From Azolla caroliniana (lineage: Eukaryota; Plantae; Polypodiophyta): a stretch of 64,000 nucleotides of DNA. The notes under the pieces were generated by a model, which saw nothing but the letters and a program-made list of their open reading frames with translations, was not told where the DNA came from and did no database searches. How positions within the stretch are numbered: position 1 is the first letter of the stretch; every line of letters starts with the position of its first letter. The DNA lies in the NCBI GenBank assembly GCA_043228905.1, contig JBHGNT010000007.1, forward strand, positions 16,864,001 through 16,928,000. The letters run 5' to 3'. Positions 17,301 to 28,900 of the stretch are shown here, one piece after another. Both the position numbers and the translations under genes were made by a program.

Positions 17301-20216
17301 CATCGGACTGGTCAGATTGACTCAGTCTCTCGTTCGGCCCGCTCAACCGAAACAATTTCGGACTCTCATCTTGAGTCCATGCTTCATCATCCTCTACCTG
17401 GGCCGGTTCAGGCTCACTAGCCTCATCCTCCGGCATCAGGTCAGATTCGAAAGTCGGAGTCGGTAAGGAGTACCACGATGCAGATTCATCAAACTCGACA
17501 TCTCGACTAACTCGGACCTGCCTTGTCCGGGGGTTATAACACTTATAACCCTTTTGCTCTTGAGCATAGCCGACTAGGATGCATTTCTCCGATTTTGCAT
17601 CCAGCTTCCTCCGCTTCTCATCCGGTACATGCACATATGCAATGCTACCGAAGATCTTAAGGTGTCTCAAATTCGGCTTCCGCTTGAAATATAGCTCGTG
17701 AACTGACACCTTATCACCGATCTGGTTTTGGATGTAGACAACCGTTCGGACTACCTCCGCCCAGTAGAATTTGGGCATGCTCTTCTCCTCCAGCATTGCC
17801 CTTGCCGCATCGATAAGCGACCGATTCTTCCTCTCGGCAACACCGTTCTATTGCGGTGTGTATCTGCAACTGAACTCTCGCCGAATTCTCGTTTGCTGCA
17901 GATAGATGTTGAATTGGCTGGAAAAGTATTCATTCCCGCCATTCGACTGCAGGCATTTGATCTTCCTCTCCGATTCCCGTTCCACCATGCTTTGGAGACT
18001 CCGAAAACACTCGAAGACTTCACTCTTCCACTCAATGAGGTAGATCCATGTGTGCCGCGTATAGTCGTCGATGAAGGAGACGAAATATCGACTCCCGCCA
18101 AGACTAACATTTTGTGCCGGTCCCCACACATCCGAATGGCTTAGGTCAAGCTTGTTACGGCTCCGGTTACGTTCGGTAGGGAATGGAAGCCGGTGTTGCT
18201 TCCCGAGTTGGCAGGCTTCACATACTTGGGCCTTTCGGCCGCTGAACTTCGGCAAACTGAAAACAACTTGTTTCGCTTGCAGGTCTTGAAGCCTCCGGTA
18301 ATTGACGTGGCCTATCCGCTTGTGCCACAGGTTGATGTCCGATTCGAACTTCTGTCCTTTTGCAAACAGAGCGGTGCCGACGTCATTGGTATCGAGGATA
18401 AACATCCTCCCGTCTTTGCGCCCTTGCGCAATAATTTGGCCCTCTTCCTCAATAAAGCACCTGAGGTGAGTAAACCGCACCTGCATCCCTTGGTCGACGA
18501 TCTGTCCGACCGACACCAAGTTCTTCGTGATTGTCAGAACATGTAATATGTTCATCAGCTTCCCCTTCTGTCCGACGTGACTCAAAGGGACTTCTCCAAC
18601 GTGCACGATTGGGTGAGGAGTGTCGTCTCCGGTTTCGACTACTCCTGGTTAATCCGGTTTCTCCATAAAGGAGAACCACTCTTTGTGGCTCGTCATGTGG
18701 TTCGACGCACTGGAATCAACATACCACACTTCCTCCGATTTGGAAGTGGTCTTCTTCATCAAGTTCACCTCGTGCTTCATCACCAAGGCTGGCTCGTTAC
18801 CATTCTTGGATCCTCCCGATCCCTTCGCGTAGTGCGAGCTTTGTCGGGCATCCTTGGTGGCCTTGCCGGATCTTGATTTGTCCGAATCGGCGCGTTTTCT
18901 CCAGCACTCGCTCTCTCTGTGGCCCTTTTTGCCACAATACCAGCATTCTGTTGCAGTCTTCTCTTGCCGTCTTCCAATGCCGCCATGACTCGCCCTGCTC
19001 CCGGAGGGTCCAGAACTGCTGTCGGCATGGCACATTCTCCGTGCCTTTGTTCCTGGTCTTGCCGGCCACCTCCATTGCGTGCCGACCCGCCTCGTCCACC
19101 ACGCCCACGGGACCAATCCGCTTCCGTGTACAACATCCGGTTGTCAATGGGTGCGCAAGTTGACACACTGGTGTGGTTCTCCTCTACAAGGAGCATCGAT
19201 TGTAAGTCGAAAAATGATAGCGTATTCTCCCTTGTACATACCACCGTTCGGAACGCTCTGAACTTAGACGCCAGGCCCCCAAGACAGACCTGTACCATCT
19301 CGTCTTCCTCTACGGTAACGTTGATAGAGGCAAGCAAGTCACAGTTCTCTTTGATCCGGGCCGTGTAATCCGCCATCGACATGTCCTTCTGTCGGACATT
19401 GCTCAACTCCTGTCGGAGTTGCAGCTTCCGGGTTGTAGTGCTTGCGGCGAAAACCTTCTTCAGGTTTCCCCAAGCCTCCTTCGGCGTCTTGGCATCTCGG
19501 ATGTGGCTCAACAGCTGGTCTCCGACACTGGACGTGAAGCAGTACATCACTCTGCTTGTCGATTGTTCTCACACTGGGAAATCCTTATGTGCCACATCAA
19601 GTGTTGTTTCGTTGGCTCCTTCGACGAAACTCTAGTAGCCATGCCCAAGCAGGTACTGGTGCATCTTGTACGACCAAGATGCGTAGTTGGATCTGTCGAG
19701 TTTCTCCACAGGGAGCGAGCTAGCCATCCCTCTATCCATCATTTCTCTGTTAGGGTTTGCTTTCAAGCGTTTGTCGGCTGCAGAGGTTCTCAACCCTCGC
19801 GCTCTGATACCATGTAAACGATTACTTGCGGAAGCGTTAGAAAATAGAGAAAGAAGAGAATACACGGATGGAGTACACATGAGAGACAGAGAGAGCAGAA
19901 CGTAAAAGCTATATTCAAAAAAACAATAAAACACTCTATATCTTACAACTGTGCTTAGTAGCACTATTTATATAAGTCCTCGTGGGACTAACAGAAGTAC
20001 CGCGTACTTCAATGCTCACACAAGAATCTAACACTTACTACGAGACTATAACTGCCTAGTAGTCTACACTAATACTAGGCTTCCGGTTACCGATTGGATC
20101 CGGCTAACCGGCTCCCCAGCTCACTGGCTCTGTTGCTTGCCGGCTTACGATCCGTCTCGCTTGCCGGCTCAAGCTTATCCAGCCGATCCGGCTCCAGTTG
20201 AGCTTGCCACTCAACA
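14399..20216 (-). mobile_element. Full-length GC-rich Ty1/Copia LTR retrotransposon (element B), with stops and frameshifts
   Basis: LTRs 14399-14805 and 19813-20216 (TG..CA, roughly 7% diverged by eye). TSD CATAA (14394-14398 and 20217-20221). PBS TGGTATCAGAGC 19801-19812, PPT 14806-14817. Order gag (CWYCGKKGHRESEC), protease, integrase, RT (MDVKNAFL, LYVDDL), RNase H (YTDAD..RTKHIEVHYHFVRE). Confidence 0.97.
14800..19741 (-). pseudogene. Disrupted gag-pol polyprotein of Copia element B
   Basis: Consecutive ORF fragments 19632-19741, 18780-19550, 18649-19116, 17848-18606, 16666-17796, 16033-16653 and 14800-16014. Confidence 0.9.
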
Positions 20217-22482
20217 CATAAGACTTATCTCTATTTTCAAGGCTTTTGTGTCTACTTCTTCCTCTACTAAGTTCTTGGGTCACATTAGCTTCCGATTGAG
20301 ACAAGGCATTTTTATCCTTTCTTCTTGTCTTTTCATTTATAATACTTGTCTTTACTAGTTGTAAAGATAGATTGTCTTCTTTAGATGAGGTACTGAGTGT
20401 CACTATTAGGTTTTCCCAACTGTCCGGTAAAGTACATGGTAGTAGTGTGGCTTGCATAGCATCATCTAATGGGAACTTCGTTGATGCTAACTGGTTTACC
20501 AGACCCATGAAAGTACTTATGTGCTCTACGATAATCTCCCCATCTACGTACGTTAGTCTCACTATTTTTCTCATTAAGGAAGTTTTATTTAAGGCATTTT
20601 TCTTTCGTAGAGGGTTGAGAGTTTTTGCCATAACTCATAAGCATTTGTATCACTTGCTACATGTTGTAGAACGCTAATGTCTACACACTGTCTTATGGTT
20701 GCAACTGCCTTTCTCTTTAGAGTTTTCCACTTAGATTCTATTACCCCTCTAGGTATGTATTCCTTTTCGATAGGCTCATACAAATCTTTGACTATCAGAA
20801 TATCTTCCATTTTGATCTTCCATCTTGAGTAGTTTTTGTGAGTTTAGGACAATCATCCCCGGAAAGCCACTCACACCCCCTTCAATCTAGAACATATGCT
20901 CTGATATCAATTTGAAAGATTTTACACTCAAACGTAGGCAACAAATATACTAAGACACAAACATAATAAAACAAGTAGCACACGATTTACATGGAAAACC
21001 CTCACCTCATTTCAAGGAAAAACCATGGTGAACAAAGATTTCCACTATGAGACAAGAAAGAATACAATCATAGAATGATAGAACCTGATTTGGTATGGAT
21101 GTACTCTCAGGTTATTTGAAACCACAGTTTCATCAAAGTGCACCAAACCCTAACTCACAGGTATCTATCACTTTTGAAGCTTCCAAATCTTCTATATGTT
21201 GTCTCTCTTTCTTCTCTGTTACACTCTCCTTTCTTTGCTTCTCTGTTACACTATGTGGTTGTGCTTGATCCACATCATCGGATAGATACTAAGACCCACA
21301 AATATGCACACAACACTATGGAAGAATGTATATGGCAATTGTGCCATTGGGATGTAATGCTTCATATCACTTTACAAGTTGATGGAATACAATGAACAAA
21401 GATACAAAGTCATTATCACTTATGCAATCAAGGTGCTTCCCCTAGCTTCAAAGAACTCCACAACTTGGATAAACAAAAGTTTCAAGCCATGTAAAGTTAG
21501 GATGCTAGTACCTTAGTTATATTTATTTACTTCGGTGTGTTCACCCTGGTGTTTCAATAGATGATGTTAATTAAGTATACACACTAGGGCTGCATCGAAA
21601 TTTTGATCAACTCAAAGATAGTACTATCTCTCTTCATGAGAAATGTTATGCTTTTCTTCCTTTTTCTTTACTTCAAATACTCCATGAGGAAGTCCGTTAA
21701 ATTGACATATTACGAAACCTCCATATCAGTATCCGTAGAGGGGACTTTTCACAAGGATATAAAAAATATTGTTGTTTTATAATCATAGCCCTTTGATGGA
21801 CCTTCCTTCGTCCAAACAAGCCCATTTCATTTTAGTGATCAATGTCCTTGGACCTCCATTTTATCAAATAAATTCACAATTCAGTTGCAACTTACATTAT
21901 ATCCTTTTTTTGTTACAAAAAACAGATCTCCATCGTAATAAGTGGAGCAAAATTGATGGATGATGTTTGGTAGAGTATTTTCTGTTTTCCAAATGAACCA
22001 ATAACATTTGATAAGGGAATTAACCCATGTTGTAACTTGTAAATAACAAAGAATAATTCTCCGAAAGTAAAAATGAACTTGATTATTAATGAAGTTTCCC
22101 ACATTTGCTAAGACAACTTTGAATTTTGTCGCCTGCTGATTTAACATTTTTTATGTAGAAGGAAGCAAAAAAAATCAAAACTAATATAAGCTAAATATTC
22201 TCATGATTCCCTTGTAAATTTTATACATGAGAAGGAATCTTGGTCGACGTGTAAGAACAAATAGTTAGGACTCCGTACACCAAACCTTAAGGGTATCGCT
22301 CTTATTCTTGTAATAAATAGTGCATACACTTATTTTGCACTTGCATAATTATTAACCAATGCAGTTTGGGTTTAATTACATTCACAAATGGATTGACAAC
22401 AAAAAATGATGAGGAATACCGTCGGCCCAGATTAAAAAACTTTTCCTACCACCTAATAGACACAGAATTTGATGATTCTTCA

Positions 22483-22723
22483 TTACCATAACTCCCCAAT
22501 GGGTGCTTCAGTGAGCCACAAGCGATGGATGTAGTCATACAATTTTCCCGTTACACTTACCTGAGTGCATAAGATATCCTAGTAAAATTATCAGAAAAAC
22601 AGAAAAACCAGCAATTACACGCACAATAAGGAATTTCCCCCCTTAATGTATGTCTATCAAAAGAATATTTACATGCATACATACATGTGGATTATCCTAG
22701 CTTAATACAAATATATACATACA

Positions 22724-22770
<47 letters not shown>

Positions 22771-22940
22771 TATATCCTAGTAAAATTATCAAAAAAACAG
22801 AAAAACCAACAATTACACATACAAAAAGGAATTTCCCCCCTTAATGTATGTCTATCTAAAGAATATTTACATGCATACATACATGTGAAATATCCTAGTT
22901 TAATACAAATATATACATACATACATACAACATGTATATA

Positions 22941-22994
<54 letters not shown>

Positions 22995-25900
22995 CATGCT
23001 TGACAAACAGTGAGGGAAAAATTCAAGGGCTATGTTTTGGATTTTTGCATGTTACATTACTCACATACAAATAAGTACATACATCACATATACACACATA
23101 AAGCACAAAAAATTAATAATCACCTTGTACGGTGTGGGATTCAAACCCCGAAGATGATCAGGGCGCACTGCATTTATCTGATCTCGGCATCTCGTTCTGG
23201 CCTCTTGTAGTGATGATAATTGCTCTCTCGGAATCCCTTAAAAAACCTCAAAAAAGGACTTAGTTTAGAAATTGATTGTTCACTAATCATAGCATTTTTG
23301 TCAATAACATCCCACCATTATACTTCAAATATGTGTTCATTACCTGATTTTCCAGGCCAGTAACACTTATACAGTTTCTCCACTCTTTGAGGTGTCACAT
23401 GTGCTCGTTTCGACTCAATGAAAGGATGTCTACAAAGTATCTTTTCTCCAACCTATGAATCATAGAAAATGAAGCAATCTCTCTATCTATCTCTCTATCT
23501 CTGTGTGAATAATAAATGTATTAATTACATTATATATAACAACAGTGTATGGGGGTGCAATATCAAGCAAATCCCATCCAATTTCCTATTGTATCCCTCA
23601 TCTGGTAATTCCTCCAGATGGACCTATTTCAACGTGTTACCTAATGGCCAATGAAAATGGCAGACAGTTCATAGAACCTCTGCTCAGATCAGCATCCTTT
23701 CTTCATAGGGCATGGAAGCTGCCTTTACATAGATATTCCAGGTTGGCTTTAGAATCCTCCAAACAATTGGTGAGTGAGGGAAAAACTTCATTGTTGGTTT
23801 TGCCCAAATGGCGTTGTCCTACAGCTTCCATGGTATCAGCATAGAAAAACAACCTCCCTTGCAGTACTTCCTTGAATGCCATCTCTTAGACTAATTCCAA
23901 GAGCTACGTTATCAGACAAGATCTCAGTCAGCTAGAGGGTAGGTCGGCATGGATGGAACTAGCAATCGGCAATGGTTTGGTTTGAGTAAAGAATCTAACT
24001 CTTGTAGAGTTGGGGTATGCGGAAGCATAATGCGTGTGAGAGAGTCGGGATGTGAGCAAGAGAAGGAATCAGAGAAAATAACCAGAATAATAAAATAGAC
24101 AGTAGGGGGATGACAGCTTATGCATTGAAGAGAAAACTATATTAATCAACTAAAGATCATCAACTAAACACAATGGGCCAAGGGGGTTTTATATACAAGT
24201 CCTCAAGGTACTACTACATTAAATGTGGTTGGTGGAATCTATTCATAGATATCCACTCGAGTACGATTCTGTCATAAGAATATAAGACATCCTTTGATTA
24301 CATTTACACTTGATAACTACACGTACCTAGTTAGTTGTCAAGTGTAAATGTGGTCAAATAGCCAGTTCAAAAAATATGAACCAGCTAGATTGCGGTTTTT
24401 GGAAAATTCTGGCCAGAATCGCTTCCAGCTGTCCCCCACATTGACCAACCTAACAAGAACGCTGACACTGTTCTTGGGACTTTGTCCAACATTGTTCGTC
24501 TGTCTCATGGATAACAATGCATCATTGGACAGGTCCGCATCTCATAAAACATCAGTTGAAGATATAGATAGGTAGGTAACGGGGTGTGCTTCCTGAACAA
24601 ACGATATTTCTGTTATGCTATCCATGGATAGAGTCTGAGGAGCACCACCTATGCCGCTGCACAGTTTATTATGGGATCTGAGGACACTTACACTGACTCT
24701 TCATTTGGGCCATTGTACTGAATCATGGATTTCTATAATCAGAGATGTTTGAGGCAGTCCTACTAGAGATCTGTAGATTTAGAATCTCTCCTCAGGACTA
24801 GACGACAAGCAGGGCCAGAGCCTGTACAATGGAAGCCCAACCATGAGACCTTAGAGCAAACGCAGCCAGAACCTGGTAGAAGGATATTGCTTAACCGAGT
24901 AGTTCACTTGTCTCCATCAGGTGCATGTGGATACACAGACTATCAGATAGCTAGCTATAACCTGCATCGGAGGATACATACTATCATTTCCTGAGATCGA
25001 GAGTGATCTCCTGGGCAGTTAATGACATTGAAGTAATATCACATTATCTAATGAGGGCATTCATGGGCTGATCTACTCACATTTCTACCTCTTTTAGATA
25101 TGTATTCATTTATTCTATAAATTGCATCGTCCACATTACTTGTACCTATGGTTCCTATATCATTGTACTTTGATCACAGCCTAGCTACCCAAGCAAAAAG
25201 ATCCAAAAGACACATAAAATCAAAATTTTGCACCACACGTGCTTCGCGATGCATCAATAGATTCCTCTATGAATGAGGCATTTTTGTAACACCAATGTAT
25301 CATGACATGGAGCAATACATGTTAAAGCCCATATTGTTGTCTGTCATCCAAACCATTGCTTCTATGCGACTTACCTCACACTCATTATGATGTGAGACAG
25401 GGCATTGGGGCACACTTTGCCCTAAACAAATTGACTATGCACACTTTGCCCTAAACAAATTCAAGAGTCAGAATATCACACTTTGATACAATGCTCTACC
25501 TTTAATCACATCCTGACTATGCTTCCCACATCTTTGACCAAACCCAATCCTTGAATGAAACTCTCCCATAGTCAATGTGCACTCTTAATTGCAACATTCA
25601 TTAGTAAAGTTCTTGAACATCAACAGTCGCTACTCACTTTTCACATGTATTACATGAAAATGTTATCTTTATGGTTTCATAGGTCATCTTTGACCTTCTA
25701 AGATGATAATAAAATCTATCTATCTATCTATCTCTACCTTCTTCATCATCTCTCAAAGACTTTTTAAGGCATAAAACACCTAATACACCTTACATTTACA
25801 CCTAATATTCCTCTGTAGGACAAATTTCAATTTGGAATAATCAAAGTGGAGGTATGGAGGTAATCTGGAAATTCTGTGAAAACGTATGGGTATTTGGGTA

Positions 25901-28900
25901 GAATATGCTCAAGAAACTTTTTTGCCCAATGAATATGATTTTCAACATACCTTAGGTGCAGGCTCATCTTCTCTTTTCATGATGTCGACCAAAGCATAAC
26001 CTTCTACGCCATACAGTCTATAAGCTTCCTTCTTACATGGGATTGTGACCTTGTTACAACAACCACATGAATTAGATAAGACAAAAAAACCATAGGCAAA
26101 TAAAATAGGAATAACATCACTAACCTTCTCAATATCCTGAGATAATTTCATCCTTGGTTGTCCATTGATCTCAACTAGTTTGTAGACACAACCTAAAGCA
26201 GATTGTGTCGAGCATGTCACAAGGTGTGTCCCTATACCAAAAGCATCGATCTCGTGGACCTGTTTGCGTGGTAATTTATAAAGTACCAGTTTCTTGTTTA
26301 ACATTACAAGATTGTTTTATCATTTACAAACTATCAGTTTCTTGCTTATCATTACATGATTGTTTTATCATTTACAAAATATCAGTTTCTTCGTTATCAT
26401 CACATGATTGTTTCATCATTTTACAACATTGGCTTATGTCCATTGTTACAAGACTTTTTTTATTAATTACAGAAGTTTGGTTTCTTCCTACCATTCCAAG
26501 ATTGGTTTGTGTTTTATCATTTACAAAATATAAGTTTCGTCTTACCATTACAAGATTGTTTTATCATTTACAAAATATCAGTTGCTTGTTTACCATTATA
26601 AGATTATTTCATCCTTTTACAAATGTCAGTTTCCCATCTGCCATTACAAAGACGTAAGTTTCTGGTTTCGCTTTACTTATTTTGGAGGCTTTTCTACAAA
26701 TCTTGGATTCTTCCATTACCTGTTTGTTTATTCAGTGTATCTAGTGTCTCTTTACTGATGTCATTGCTTGCTGTGATAACAAGATCGCCAAAGCCAAAAG
26801 CATTGAATTCTTTCTCTACAATCTTAAAGAATTTGTGTGCTTCTTTGGAAATCACCAGAGTCTAATCTGATGCCCAAAGATATAAGTTTCTGGTTTGGCT
26901 TTACTCATTTTGGAAGCGTTTCTACAAAGCTTTGATTCTTACCTTACCTGTTTATTCGATGCATCTAGTGTCTCTTCATTGATGTCATTTCTTTTTGTGA
27001 TAACAAGAGCCCCAAAGCCTAAAGCATTGAATTCTTTCTCTACAATCTTAAAGAATTTGTGTTTCTTTGGAAAGATATGCGAGATCACCAGAATCTAATC
27101 TGATTCCCAAAGATATAAATTTCTGGTTTGGCTTTACTCATTTTGAAAGCTTTTCTACAAAGCTTATATTCTTACATTACCTGTTTATTCAATGCATCTA
27201 GTGTCTCTTCATTGATGTCATTGCTTGCTGTGATAACAAGAGCCCCAAAGCCAGAAGCATTGAATTCTTTCTCTACAATCTTAAAGAATTTCCGTGCTTC
27301 TTTGGAAAGATATGCAAGATCACCAGAATCTAATCTGATGCCCAATGACTTGTATCTGAATATATCAATATAAACAGAGGATTATTATATTAACAGGGAA
27401 ATGAAATGATTTCAGCAGAAAAAAGTGTAGTGACTTTGTTTTAACCATCTGAACTGTCTTTAATTGTTTTAACTATTTTCACGGTACTTTCTCTTACCCA
27501 AGCTCATTTAATGCCAGTGCAACAGCACAAAAGTTTGGAATACCGCTCTTCATAACCTGAAAAAGAAAAAGAAAAATCATAACTTTGTGTGTTATACATA
27601 ATAAACTTTCTAGGAGAAATTGTCACTAGAATAGAAAGTTCCACGTTTCACCTAAAATTGAGAGAATTTTGTGATTGGTCATCATTACTAATGAAAAATG
27701 AAACTTTTTGAAAACTTAGTAACTTTTAAAGAAAATAAAAGTGCTAATTTGTATAGAAACAATTTCATGAATATAAATCCTTAATAGAAGATCATAACTC
27801 AAAATGTGTATGAGAAAAGAAAAACGTATTTTACTTCGAGGTAGCCTTGTTTAATACAATATCTAAAATCTTTTGGAAAGACATGCAAAGTATAAGAACA
27901 CAATCCGTGAAAATTGGTCAATGCTCTCAAAATGTGATTGGTCTATGAGAATTTTGTGATTGGTCAATGCTCTTAAAACCCTTCGTATCACTCATGAAAA
28001 TTGAATCTTTTCAAAAAAAATAGTTATATTTTAAAGAAAATAAAAGTGCTAATTTTTATTGAAATGGTTTCATAAAACCTTAATAGACGATCACAACTCA
28101 AAATGTGTATGTGAATAGAAAAAATGTATTTTATTTCGTGGTAGACTCATTCAATATAATATCTAAAATCTTTTGAATAAACACGCAAAGTAAAAGAACA
28201 CAATCTGAAATTCTCAAATCAACAGATGGGGCATCTAAACAGTTTCTTAACTTACATCAAATGTGTCTACTAGAGCTTGAAACTTCGTTGGGAATGACAA
28301 TGCATAAGATGAAAAAGCTGCTAATTCACTCTCACTGGTCTCTGCGAAAAAGCCTCGGAGTGATTCAGTATCCTGCAACATTGAGAAATTGGAGAAAAAA
28401 GTAAATTCAAATGTACAGCTACCTAAGATCAAAATCCATGTTACAGAATCTATGCATCAAGAATGAAGCATGTAACCAAATCCATATGAGGAAAAACTTA
28501 TTGAAAAAAATGATCATTCCAAAACCTTTAATTTACTAAGCCATCTTTGAACAAGAGCAACAAAATCGTCGCACGTTTTCTTGCCATTCTCATATTGAAG
28601 TGACCTTTGAGTTATTTCTGCAGTTCCCTAAATAATAAAAATTTAGAGCTGGAAATGTTAACTATGTGCATATACAGATCCTATGAATAGCTTATCATAT
28701 TCATAAAGTAATTGAGCCTTGAAAGGAAAGACTTGCCGTGAATGCAGATACAAAAGCATGGGAATGAGTACCACGAATTGGTATTCCAAAACGTTGGGCT
28801 GCGTCAACATTGCTGCACCCTCACGTATGAAAAATATAAAATATACAAAAAATACATACAAAATGAAATTATAATCTGATCTATCAGCATCATATTTTTA

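Larger units (their letters stand above)
13479..21145 (-). mobile_element. Truncated Ty1/Copia element (A-right): LTR, PBS, gag, protease, integrase N-terminus; host of element B
   Basis: PBS at 20898-20909, LTR from 20913 rightwards. Gag ORFs 20589-20810 and 20104-20631. After the B insertion: zinc knuckle CFCCGKPGHFQKNC, protease WVVDSGAS, ELWHKRLDH and LVHTNVC..YFVTFIDDFSRK, down to ~13479. Confidence 0.88.

Noticed and set aside
14898-19905. Numerous plus-strand ORFs (e.g. 15070-15714, 214 aa) in element B
   Set aside because: Antisense shadows expected in GC-rich coding sequence, with no recognisable domains.
21300-22300. Possible decayed transposase
   Set aside because: No diagnostic motif recognised in any frame.
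26205-27373. Plus-strand ORFs 26205-26657, 26623-26865, 26895-27098 and 27128-27373 as a small gene family
   Set aside because: Antisense readings of the minisatellite and of the triplicated NAPRT exon.
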